Shown in pieces: positions 52,254 through 64,000 of a DNA stretch of 64,000 nucleotides. The position numbers were made by a program, and so were the translations under genes. How positions within the stretch are numbered: position 1 is the stretch's first letter; each line of letters begins with the position of its first letter. Source of the stretch: Octopus bimaculoides (lineage: Eukaryota); contig NC_068985.1 of the NCBI RefSeq assembly GCF_001194135.2, positions 19,233,215 through 19,297,214 of the forward strand. Reading direction: 5' to 3'. Below the pieces are notes generated by a model. The model did no database searches. It saw only the letters and a list, made by a program, of their open reading frames with translations, and had not been told where the DNA came from.

Positions 52254-52486
52254 CCCTCTCAGACCTGGGCCCCTGTATCTAACTTTACCCTCTATCTGGG
52301 CGCCTGAGTAAAAATTAAATAAATAGTTGCATTTACAGCTCAAGGTGACGATTGCAGGCAAACTAATGGACAGAATCATCTGCATCTTCTTTTCCTATGT
52401 TTATTGTTCATTACCACTTTACTGGGAATCCAGGAGAGATGACATTTAACCTATTCCCGCTATAGCGGGAATACGGCGTAGCAGGA
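52254..52486 (+). mobile_element. piggyBac-like MITE with TTAA target duplication
   Basis: TTAA|ccctctc...gtagcagga|TTAA; second copy at 35586-36375. Confidence 0.7.
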
Positions 52487-53679
52487 TTAATATTTTTGTA
52501 AAGCACCGTAAATGTGAATAGGTTTATAAAAGAAGGTCCCTTCTTTTTATGTATGTCTAATCTTCATCTTCCAATTTAACATTAGCTATTTTAATGTCAT
52601 ACATAGTCTCCAGTCTGTCACTCCAAACAGGTCTAAACTGTCTATGAGTAAAAAGCTTTCTCTTCTGATCACTAAAGAACTTCTGACAATAAGCATAGCA
52701 CCGAGAGAATAAAAATGTACTCATGACAGAAAAATGATAGAAAGAATATGAAAAAAAGGAAAAAAAAAACCGCACCTTACTGTAAATTGTTACGCCCAGT
52801 AAAAGTATGTTTAATTACATTGATAAAATATACTAGAACAATTTTGACGTTAGCGTCTCTAGAATGTTATAATGAAAAGAAACGGTGAAAGGAAAAGAAA
52901 AAAATGCGAGAAAAAATATAATATAACAGAGAAGATAAATAGAGATGTATATCTGGATTTTGGAAGTAAATCATTGTAATTAACTAAGGAAAACACAGAC
53001 TGCATGTTGAATATATGTGTTTATAACTATATCTTGTGTATACATTCTCCAGAAATTTTGCAATAATATATAGACGGAAGAAATATTTTCGTTATTGTCT
53101 CGTGAGCGCTTGTGGTATGTGAGGGGGTTAACGAAGCGAATAAAAGCAAACAAGATAAATTACTCGTTTGAAGTGTATCAGCCATAGCTGTCAACATGCA
53201 AAATTAATCTGAGATTAATCATACGAAAAACTTAGTAGGAGAATATAAAGACTTTAAGGAGAGAAAAAAGTGGAAGAAAGAAATAACGATTCTATCTCGT
53301 CTTGAACTATTTTTGTTACGATTTCGGAAGATAACGTGCCAAGGCTAAAAATATATCATTCTTACAAGAGTTGCGTTAAGTAACCCAATTTTTGTGCTTA
53401 ACAAAACTTCACAATTTTTATCAGACGGCTTGAATCCATTATATTTCTTTCTGATATATTATATAAGTCTACGAAAACTAAAACTTTAAAAAAAAAAAAA
53501 AAAAAAAGTTCTTAGTTTCAGGACAAAGCTATAAATTTGGAAGGAGGTTTTATGGTCATCGATCCGGAAGGCTGAGCTGACCTCTGTGATATTTGAATTC
53601 GGAACGTAAAATAACAACTAAATATCAGTTTCCCACAAACTCCCTTGAAATACGATAAACTATCGACGAGACTTCTACG

Positions 53680-53855
53680 TGATTGTCACTCATACAGGAA
53701 ATAGCAGCTAAATTTTCCTGAACCTACTGTCTTTAAAAAGGGAGGATACGTCGTATAAATAGTCTGAGATACACGAAGTCAGAAAAGTCGAAATGGTCAA
53801 GGATAACATCTTTTGATCATAGGTCTACACGATCTGAGTTGACATGGGGGCTACA
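53680..53855 (+). mobile_element. SINE-like repeat, family D
   Basis: gaaatagcagctaaat..gatcataggtct..ggggctacaac. Confidence 0.6.
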
Positions 53856-54179
53856 ACCACATTGTAAATATAATAATGCCTAAAACAATATAAATATAAT
53901 AAAAGAGTGCCTAGTGGCAAGAATTTGGACACAAAGATGGAAAAAGATTTACTAAATGTTATACAAAATAGATTTTTGTTTAAGGGAAATCATAATCATG
54001 TCGAGAAAAAATAAACAAACATTTGGCAGTTATTGCACCCGACTCCAAATGATAAGGCATCAACAACCAATCTTTGAATTAATATGCCATTAAGGGTAAA
54101 AACGATCTTTTGTTTTTGTATGAAAAGGGTAGTGCAGTGTTATCCTACTTTGACTTCAGCTAGACGTAGGACTTAAACA

Positions 54180-54214
<35 letters not shown>

Positions 54215-54535
54215 GAGTACACCTACTTTGGAAATGTGGCGGACTATAGTTCAATGAGTACATAGTACGTGTCTTGGGTTAGGTGTAAATATTTACTAGT
54301 TAGAAAACGGCCATACAGAGGCCATACAGATTCAGTGACGATGATCGGATTCACATCGTCAGGGGCAAATAACTTCTATGAGTACTGAGTATGCATACAT
54401 ATATGTTCAAGATACACCGAATAACCTGGTGTAACCGCTGTCACATATGACTAGCGTGTTTATAATCACACACGTGTGTGCTAACAAATCCATGCAGATT
54501 AACACCATAATGCTACACTAACCGTACACAAATAA

Positions 54536-54651
<116 letters not shown>

Positions 54652-55186
54652 CACACACATGCACACACACATGCACATTTGTGGAGTAAAATACGGAGTC
54701 ATAGAATCATGTGTCTATCATGGAAAGCTCCTCTAGCGGACTCGGCTAGCAGACCGCATAGTAATCCAATACGGAAGAATATAATGCAAGATTTTATGCA
54801 GCTGAAAACCAGGAGATCCGACCTATGGAAATTATTTCATGAGAAGTAAATGAACTATAAAAGGTGTGAAAGATGAATATATTTATTTAAACACCGGTCA
54901 TCTTGTGTTTAAATATATTCACCCTTCACACCTCCTGGTTTGTTTGTTTATATATATATATATATATNNNNNNNNNNNNNNNNNNNNNNNNNNNNNNNNN
55001 NNNNNNNNNNNNNNNNNNNNNNNNNNNNNNNNNNNNNNNNNNNNNNNNNNNNNNNNNNNNNNNNNNNNNNNNNNNNNNNNNNNNNNNNNNNNNNNNNNNN
55101 NNNNNNNNNNNNNNNNNNNNNNNNNNNNNNNNNNNNNNNNNNNNNNNNNNNNNNNNNNNNNNNNNNNNNNNNNNNNNNNNNNNNNN

Positions 55187-55225
<39 letters not shown>

Positions 55226-56957
55226 TCTGTCGAAGATTAACAATTTCCCTTCAGCTTGAATGCGTTGTTTTGCATAATATACTGACAAAGTTTAATAAAC
55301 AGGTTATGTTGCTTTAGACGGAACGTTCTCTATCGAGCCGAAATAAAAATATTGACGTCATCCACAGGCCATCTTGTGTTTTCACACGTTGATCTTTCCC
55401 CATAGGGACTATGTCCGCAGCGGAAAGTTTTTGTCACGTCTGAGTGCACTCAAACGAGTTGATTATGGCATTACACAAATATATTTTATTCAACGCTGCT
55501 TCGTGCAACATTATTTCATTCTAGCATGTCCAAACTCGGCGCACATCAGCTAAAGTACCGCATACTGTTGTAATAAGAATAATTATCTGGCTGTGAACGA
55601 CAGGTCTTTGTGTTCGTAGCTAACGAAGTGAAACGACACAGAAACGCGCGCGTCTTACTATCCAACGACGTCATTTATAGCTCATCTTGTGTTTATACAC
55701 GTATCTAGAGTGATAATTTTATCCCGGGATTATCTCTGCAGAGGAAGGTCTTCTCGTCTCCGTGTGAACTCTAACCTGTTGAATATGACTTTAAGCGAAT
55801 ATATTATATTCAATGTTGTTAAGAAAAGTAAGATCTCTCTTTTTTGAGGGAAGATTTACTTTTGGCATTCTTTCGATTAATTTCTCAACACAAAAAACAT
55901 AAATACGGTCGATTTGATTAATTATTGGATGTAACAGGTGCATATCGATTCCGAAGGAAAGAGACAAATTCGTTTATATATGTAATTTAAATCACCTCTA
56001 TAAGACGTATATAATTAAGTCTTATTCCACAGTTAGACATTTTCACTGATTATATTTCAGAGTTGATCACAATTTAGGCAGCTCAGTGAGGTATTCTTAG
56101 GTTTAGCTCACTGAGCTACTATTATACTGAAAGCATCTTTTATTAGGCGCCGAGAGTTCTGTTACCAAACATTCCAACCAGCTTTCCGATCTAAGGCTAA
56201 CTCTCTCCCTTTCACCACCTATATTGGAAACCTTGAGAAAAGAAATAGGCTTCATCCCTTCTCATCTATGCCAGTAATAAATAAATAAAGACTAGTGATA
56301 CACTTCGTGTAATCATCCATACTTGTATGATGCGCGAAGCTAAGATTTTAAACGAGGAAGATCTCAGTTACTAAAATGGGTCCTCCATTATCCGTCTAGT
56401 TTGTATGTTTATGTAAATATATATTATATACACAGACGTAGACCGAACTGAAAGGGCTCGTCCGAAACCATGGACCCTTCCCCACCACCGCCGCCGCAAG
56501 CGTGTATAAGTAGTGACTGTGCGTATGTTGTGTATATTGGGCTCTAACATAGAAGGTATATTTCAATAAATGTCACTATAAATGTTAGACATAAACTTAA
56601 AGTGAATACATTCCAAAATGGCACCCCTTGTTTAAGTGGCTTTACTTCCTGAGGAAACAAGTCTTTTATTAAGAAACAATTTTGTAACGTATGAAAAGAA
56701 TTACTATCTTTGACTATCTGTTTATTTTTATTTTTACTTCTCTTTAGTGAATCCCGAATTCCTATCAGTAATTGGCAATCTAAAGAGAAAATGTTTCTTT
56801 ATTCACTCAGTGTGAAATATAGAAACTCTGCTGTAGGAATGAGTGCAGAAGGAGAATAGAAACCTTATCTCTTAATTTATAACTTACGTTTGGCAATATA
56901 CCATAAGCTTAGCCTTTGATGTAACTATATCAGTACAGCTATCAAAAATAGGTGCTT

Positions 56958-57145
56958 GTTGTTGTTGTTTAGCCCCAGGTCAGCTCTGATCGAGCAGACC
57001 TATGTCAATGCCGTCTGCTTTTTATGCACAGTGCATCTAAGAGTATATTATACAATACGTCCTTCGTTTCTAAAACAGCTGGGTGTGATAAGAAGGAGAT
57101 TTGACTTTATTTCTAGCAGTCTGAGTGGTTGCGTAGAGCTTTCTC
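56958..57145 (-). mobile_element. SINE-like repeat, family D, with (CAA)n tail
   Basis: ttgttgttgtttagccccaggtcagctctgatcgagcagacctatg..atttctagcag. Confidence 0.65.
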
Positions 57146-57554
57146 TGTTGATTCGACAGGTGTTTTTTTTTTTTATATTTGAGATGTCAGGTAAGATTTA
57201 TAACAAATCTCTTCCTACTCCGCGCCATTCTTTGGTAGTGACGCACTCACGTATTCTAAGCCCTGTGATCCATTTCCCTTTCCTGGTATAAGAAGCTATA
57301 CTCATTTCAAGACGATTTTCGAAACCACTTTAATATTTGGTGACCAAATGGCAAAGCATATCCTTAGCATAACTAGAGTCTGCATCCCAAAACTGGTACT
57401 TCTTCTTGGGGACCAAAAATATTTCAACTCTTAACAGCTGCTGACGTATTACAGGGTTCAATGGAGTGTTGATCCCACATCTAGGACGGTGCTGCTGTTA
57501 CAAACACACAGACTTCCTGGACTGAGATAGGTCACTCGACTAACTGGTATTCAA

Positions 57555-57845
57555 TCACTATTGGATACGTTCCAACCTCTGACCCACGAACGTGCTGTCT
57601 CTTCTCTCTCCCTCTCTTTACTCTTGTTACAACAATGGCCACTGTTTCTCGGGGGGTGGCTGCTCTCGTACCTCCACAACTCAAGCATCCTCGACCCATT
57701 CTTTTCTACCACTTCTTGTGACTCTAGGTGCATTCAAACCTCTTGGCTCTGCACTAACCATATACCAAGACCGTCTCGCTGAGAAAATAAGTCCTCTGGA
57801 ATCTTTTCCTCAGAACATGTCGTTTCTGCAGATGTTCACATGCAA
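57555..57845 (+). pseudogene. L2/CR1-type LINE 3' fragment
   Basis: FQPLTHERAVSSLSL..YNNGHC, resembling the LQPLSHRRxVxSLxLxYxYYNGxC motif. Confidence 0.55.
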
Positions 57846-57855
57846 CAGTTTAAAC

Positions 57856-58005
57856 CAAGCATGGGTAATCTTTTTCGATAAGCAGGCCGCATGACACATG
57901 GTTCATCATCAGACGAGCCGCACTACTAAAAAAAAGAATTCAAGGTAAATTTCCCTTACGCGTGACATTCAGAAAGTTCTGCGAACCGCAGTTTGCCCAT
58001 GACGG
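57856..58005. mobile_element. hAT-type MITE with 8-bp TSD
   Basis: gtttaaac|caagcatggg..cccatgacgg|atttaaac (TSD 7/8 identical); right end gcagtttgcccat. Confidence 0.7.
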
Positions 58006-58038
58006 ATTTAAACAGAACATTAATGACATGAAACTAAC

Positions 58039-58339
58039 TGCTCTCAAACCAGCTGCAATCATCATAATCAATGAACCCTCCGCCAGACTCAACAATTAAA
58101 TAAAAAAAAAAAGATTAGTCGAGCACTTTTTAAAGAACTAAATCTTGATTAAAACGAAATAGATAAAAAAAAAAAGAAGAAAATGAAAAATGAAGTTGAA
58201 AATGAAATGAAATAGTACTCAATTATATCTTAGCCTGTAATCTTGTGGAAAGCAGACAAAACAGAGAAAAGTAAAGCCTAAGTTGAAAACAATTTTTTTC
58301 TAAATTCCTTTTTGTTGTTGAGAATCGCAACTGTTTGAG
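58039..58339 (+). repeat. Left arm of ~300-bp inverted repeat
   Basis: Reverse complement of 59454-59761, high identity with a few indels. Confidence 0.95.
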
Positions 58340-58752
58340 TGGATAGAAATTCATCCAAACCTTCCGCACAGAAGCTTCCATGGACTATATCCAGTTACCT
58401 ACATTGTATTCTCTTCCTGACAAATATACGTTTTGTCTGACTCAACGTAGTTATAAATAGAAATAGTGGAAGATAATGTTCGTCGTTATAGAGATACTAA
58501 TGACGTGTTCTGCGTTTACTTGCGGTTCTGAGCTCAAAACCTCCCACAAATATAGAATGGCGATATTTATAGAATGTAATTAAAGTGAAAGCAAGGGGAG
58601 AAATTAGTGTAATTCATTTGGTGTGAATATTGCTTGACAGCTGATTGAAGACTATTCAAACAATCACAACTAGTAACACACACACACACACACAGTAAAT
58701 TGATTTGCGTAAAAAGGTCAACAAGAAGAGCACTCCATCTAATGAGAGTTCA

Positions 58753-58889
58753 ATATTAATGGATGTGTTTCACTCCACATGCATTACACGCGCTACTAAT
58801 AGTTTCACGCTGATGAACGTACTTGTCATGCACGTGAAACTATTAGTAGCGCGTGTAATGCATGTGGAGTGAAACACATCCATTAATAT
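58753..58889. repeat. Perfect 57-bp inverted repeat with 23-nt loop
   Basis: 58753-58809 is the exact reverse complement of 58833-58889. Confidence 0.97.
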
Positions 58890-59147
58890 ATATATATATA
58901 TATATATAATTATGTGTATTTCTTCTATCTTAATGAATAAAAATTCTTCTGATAGAATAAATGGGTTAATAGAAACCAATGTAGCAAAGAACACAAAATA
59001 ACTGTGGTTAGCTCATGCTTTCCCTGATGAGAAGGTTACAATTTTAATATCAAAGATCCCTATGGATCACACAGGTTGTAATCCTTTGAAACATATGTAG
59101 GAATAAAGTATGCAATTTCAACATGCGTTTTCTCCAATCCTTAAATT

Positions 59148-59182
<35 letters not shown>

Positions 59183-59453
59183 CAACTGCACACCAAACAC
59201 TAACCTTCTTCATGAAGATTGAGACTGCCGTTTTCCCTTCTCCATTTCTTATTACAATTGCTACATTAAACAAAATCTTATCACTTAACAATGTTAGACA
59301 ATATGATAACCAACGCGTGGAAACTAAACAGCAGTTTTAAATCTCTCTTCTCAGTAACGTAGAATTTCAATGTGCTAATCATTCTAATGCATTAATCATA
59401 CGAATACATTGTTGAATATATCGATGAAAATCACAAAATTGCGAAGCTAAAAT

Positions 59454-59761
59454 CTCAAACTGTTGCGATTCTGAACAACAAAAAGGAATTTAGAAAAAAA
59501 TTGTTTTCAACTTAGGCTTTACTTTTCTCTGTTTTGTCTGCTTTTCACATTAGATTTCTTAACACAAGATTACAGATTAAAATATAATTGAGTACTATTT
59601 TATTTCATTTTCAACTTAAGATTTCTTTTTTTTTTTATCTATTTCGTTTTAATCAAGATTTTGTTCTTTAAAAAGTGCTCGACTAATCTTTTTTATATAT
59701 TTAATTGTTGAATCTGGCGGAGGGGTCATTGACTACGATGATTGCAGCTGGTTTGAGAGCA
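59454..59761 (-). repeat. Right arm of ~300-bp inverted repeat
   Basis: Reverse complement of 58039-58339. Confidence 0.95.
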
Positions 59762-62184
59762 TATTGCTCCAGAGCAAAGGAGTTTACATATACTGTAGTT
59801 AATAATTCGTATGAATCATGGTAGCTTCTATTTTCGTTGAAGCCTTTTTTAAGAAGACTGCAGCAGCATCAACTTCAAAGCTAGATGTCTATGATGTTAC
59901 GATTCGGTCTTCACGCAAAGAAATATTACAACTCACGAGTGTTCATCGACACGGCAAAAAATAAAGATCAAAGTCACGATAGTGCGATTGTTAATTTCAT
60001 GATTTCTTTATGCTAAACTTTTAGCATAAGAATTCCTATTCATGTATATTCAATTCATTCTATATAACTTTCCCACCGTTTTTCAAAGGGCATAAATCTC
60101 GATAATTACATGAAGATGAAACAGAGACAGCCAAGCAACTAAGCTAAATTAGGTTACAGCGTTTCAGACGATTTCAGAATGTACAACTACGTCATGTATG
60201 AATCTTCCTCGGATATTTTGTTACTGGATGTGTGCATAGTACCAAACTGGATTAAGGGATTTATTTTTGATACACTAAGCCTCTGATCCATGTACAATTT
60301 ATGCTGTAATTTTAGGTTTTTCTAGTAACGGGAGCCGTATTCAGCTCATCCCAGTGAGCTCAAGATAGTTGATCAAGAATAGATAAAACATAAAAATTGC
60401 ATCTATAACAACTCTTTTATATGTGTAAGATTTCATAAGGGAGAAATTGGGAATCCTTAAAAGAAACATCGAAAAGATTTAATGAGAGGGCCAACATCTA
60501 ATTCGGGAATGGCTGGACTTATGTCCATAGAGGGAACATGTATACCACTACATAATGAAATCTCTATGACTGGTATAGAACTAACTACAGTGGAAAAACA
60601 AAACAGCTTTAGATAAAGTATTTGATAGCAAGCCAGTTAGTGAAATAAGCGCTAATCTCAGTTGAATATGGCTTCCACTACTGAGAGGTAAATATAAATA
60701 ACCTAAAATTGCAACGGTGATTCATGTACACATGAATCAATGGCTTAATGAATATCGTCACCGCTACTTTCGAAATAAAGATTCCTAATTCAACAACAGT
60801 CTGATACTATGTAGCACCGCAAAATGAAAACACGTAAAGGATATTGGAAATCGAAGATTAGAATTTACGGTCGATCTATGATAACCACCCTCTTATTTTG
60901 ATTATTGTCTACTTATTTTTGTTAGGGGTGGAAAAAGAAAGATATCTTTCCTAAAGATATTAGCAGCGTGAATGAAATATAATGGCATCAACAGAAAATT
61001 GAAACTGCCTCGTAGTTTATGTAAGCGATGAACTTACCTATTAGTCTGTAGCTCTTGCCAACGCATCTCAATATTTATCGTCAAATTATGGTGAGGAAGT
61101 GTTTTCTTAAGTTTAGCTCAAATAGTTATCAAAACAACTATTTAGCTTCATATTACACGGATTGTTTGAGACGCGAGAAAAAAATGACTTCATATCTTCT
61201 CTTAATTATTTTTGTATTCTCCACACATGCTTTATATATATATATATATNNNNNNNNNNNNNNNNNNNNNNNNNNNNNNNNNNNNNNNNNNNNNNNNNNN
61301 NNNNNNNNNNNNNNNNNNNNNNNNNNNNNNNNNNNNNNNNNNNNNNNNNNNNNNNNNNNNNNNNNNNNNNNNNNNNNNNNNNNNNNNNNNNNNNNNNNNN
61401 NNNNNNNNNNNNNNNNNNNNNNNNNNNNNNNNNNNNNNNNNNNNNNNNNNNNNNNNNNNNNNNNNNNNNNNNNNNNNNNNNNNNNNNNNNNNNNTGTGTG
61501 TGTGTGTGTGTATAACACCGTTTCCTTTTTTTTTTCGTGTTGTGCATCTCAATATAGGTTTTACCAGAATGTTATTACTTTGGGAAATTTAGTAAAAAAG
61601 TAAATAATAATTTTTCAAGCTTGGAAGTCTTGTAGCTCTGAAGCATCAGTTTGTGTCAGGTAAAAAATGAACGAATCAATTGTACCTCAATATTTATCTT
61701 GGAATAATAAGTCTAGATAATAATAAAATAAAAAGTACTAGTGCATAAACTTTAGCTATTCACATCTGCTTCGTTTAACCAATGTGGTTAAAAATATTTT
61801 TGAAACATCGAGTTAAGTATTTCTCTATCCATTTTTTTTTAGAATCCAATGACGTAACGCCATGTTCTTTCTTTTCACGTTAATTTTCCAAATCTATCTT
61901 TCCACTTCACAAATATAACTAATGACCAAATTGAAAATCTGGTTAATTTTCTCTATATTTTATAGCGTTACTCTTTCTTCATTCTAACAATAAAAAGTAA
62001 ACCACAAGTAAAAGAATGCTGCAAATGTATTTTACATGAGTGTCAGAAAGAACAATAAGATAAGAAGGTTCAAATTGCCTGAAGCCATCAACAAGATTTG
62101 ATAAATGTTTTGCCTCGATGTCATAAGTTCACATCTGAATTACAAGAAAGTTTGAATTACTAAATTCATTAGTGCGTCGAACAA

Positions 62185-62300
62185 AATTCCACGTGTTATT
62201 TAGTTACGGACCTTTACGTTCTGAATTCAAATCCTGCCGTGATTCAACTTTGCATTTCATCCTTCTATCGTTAATAAAATAAAATACCAGTCTAGTACAT
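62185..62300 (+). mobile_element. SINE family A (degenerate)
   Basis: tacgttctgaattcaaatcctgccg..tttcatcctt..aataccag. Confidence 0.6.
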
Positions 62301-62400
62301 GAATCGCGTTATGTTCTCACAACGCGTCCTACATATGAATAGGATTATATCAAAAGAGCTTATTCCCTTAGAAGATCTTTTCCTTTTCATCGGCAGATCG

Positions 62401-62674
62401 AGAAATTAATTTTTTGTAACTAAACACTTTCAAACTTTGGACACTGGTAGAATGGGTTATACACCGCCGGAAGTTGTTGTTGACAAGCAACAGCAGTAAT
62501 TTTATTCAGCTGAATACACGTCATTGATTGGTTGAAATTACCGAAATACGACAAATTTAACACGAAATAACTTCGTAAATAGAAACTTTTCTCAAAAACG
62601 CTAAGAGTAAAAGATGTTTTATATGACACATTCGACCAGTGTCCGAAAGTGTTTAGTTACAAAATATAATTTCT
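62401..62674. mobile_element. MITE-like element with ~40-bp imperfect TIRs
   Basis: ttttgtaactaaacactttc..ggacactgg vs ccagtgtccgaaagtgtttagttacaaaa. Confidence 0.7.
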
Positions 62675-63289
62675 TGATCTGCCGATGAAAAGGAAAAGAT
62701 CCAAGAATCGTAGTCGTTGTCGTTGTCACCGCCGTCGTCGTCGTTGTCATGTTTCGCACGTTTTTTACAGTGCGGCGATGACTACAATGAAAGCTTTCCC
62801 GATTAAGCACGAGTTCTCCCATAGGAAGAAATCGTAACGTTACTTCGTTCTGACTACCTCACCGTATTTTTGTGGCAGAGATATATGAGGGTGGTTTGCC
62901 ATTGCCTTCCCCAACTGGTTGACCGTTGGCCCACAGGGAGCTCATCCGTTCATCGGGAGGACTTTTTTTTAGTCCTGCACAGTATCCAGGCATCCTCCTT
63001 ACCTACTACTCGTACCATATAAGCCAATACTACATGATCGAGTGGTTGGTGACTAAACCGGCTCTTCCACTTGAATAACTCTGAAGAGTGTTTGATGAAT
63101 AATTTATTTTCAAAAATGCTCATCTTAAATACCATAGACGTGGTTTGCAAATGGCTATCGATTGCAGTTTGCACTTGTATCGGCCACAATCCAAGAAGTC
63201 TATTCTATCATCTGAGCCCTAAATGTTTAAGGTTTAGCTAAACACTTCGCGGAAGTATTCAACGCTAACAAGTCAATGAGGGAGCCCAT

Positions 63290-63385
63290 ATGAGATGGCT
63301 CTGTTAGAAATAGCAACCAAATCTCCCTCAACTCATACCCTACTGTCTTTAGAAAAGAAGGATGCATTGGATAATTGTTTGATGG
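63290..63385 (+). mobile_element. SINE-like repeat, family D
   Basis: tagaaatagcaaccaaatctccctcaactcataccctactgtc. Confidence 0.6.
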
Positions 63386-63589
63386 ATTTCCATCGTTCGG
63401 CGATAAGGATTCAGGTGTTCGATTATCTGAATTAAATCTTCATTGAATTAACGTATCGGTGGCTGAATATTCCACAGACATATGTAATATAATTCTCAAG
63501 GAGAATCAGCATAACGCAGTGTGAGTAGGGTGTTGAGTAGGTTGTATCTTTCAATTATAAATATAAGCCATCTGATAGGCTTTTAGACA

Positions 63590-63730
63590 GTTTTTGTCTC
63601 CCCAATTTCATCCACGAGGTATGAGACTATCTGAGGCTAAAGAAAATTGTCCAAGGTGTCACGTAGTGGGATCGAAACTGGGATTTCATGGTTGTGAAGA
63701 GAATTTCTTAACCATTCGGCAATACTGTGC
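63590..63730 (-). mobile_element. SINE family B (degenerate)
   Basis: tgtccaaggtgtcacgtagtgggatcgaaact..cttaacca. Confidence 0.65.
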
Positions 63731-64000
63731 GTATGCTGGCTAATACGTATCCCTCAAAAGATAGGATGGTCTTTAATTCGTTTTTAACGTTGTAACTGGA
63801 AGTAGATAAAGCTACAAATAATAGCTTGTAGAATATTTGGTTTAAAAAAACCCTGGATGGAAAAAAAATTGAAGGCTTCCCATGGAACACGAACTCAAAT
63901 CTTCTGTAAACATGAAAGACTTTGATCACAGATCTGCTTTAACAGGTCTGGCCTAGGGCTAAAAAGCAATATTAACGAATTAATTGTTAATAGAAAACTG

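Noticed and set aside
56452-56490. Second hammerhead-like motif (ctgaaagggctcgtccgaaac)
   Set aside because: The core deviates from CUGANGA and I could not form helices I and III.
60464-60616. Protein-like 50-codon frame KHRKDLMRGPTSNSG...KQNSFR* as a terminal exon
   Set aside because: The acceptor lacks a pyrimidine tract, no upstream partner exon was found and no homologue was recognised.
62880-63200. RTE-type 3' end (gtggtttgccattgccttcc motif)
   Set aside because: Only a short motif matches and the translation is too degraded to support a call.

Overview
AT-rich, repeat-dense animal genomic DNA from a gapped short-read assembly, with many N runs, most bordered by microsatellites. The SINE families, Dong/R4, RTE, L1/Tx1 and Penelope relics and (CA)/(TA)/(TAA)/(GAA) tracts look like an Octopus (coleoid cephalopod) genome; this is inference from recognising the repeat families. 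I find no intact host protein-coding gene, rRNA, true tRNA or CRISPR array. Almost all ORFs in the track are microsatellite or gap artefacts or decayed transposon pieces. Recognisable content: CR1/L2, L1/Tx1, RTE, Dong/R4 and Penelope retroelement fragments, a mariner transposase fragment, several MITEs (Tc1/mariner-, hAT- and piggyBac-like) and at least four SINE families. A few weak candidate exons suggest intronic or UTR sequence. The most unusual structure is at 58.0-59.8 kb: two ~300-bp inverted arms enclosing a perfect 57-bp hairpin. Also notable are a minimal hammerhead-like motif (41.05 kb), a SINE-head/L1-ORF1/Penelope-endonuclease chimera (25.6-26.9 kb) and tandem Dong/R4 copies in (TAA)n tracts (37.5-39.3 kb). 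Repeat boundaries are approximate unless a TIR or TSD is quoted.
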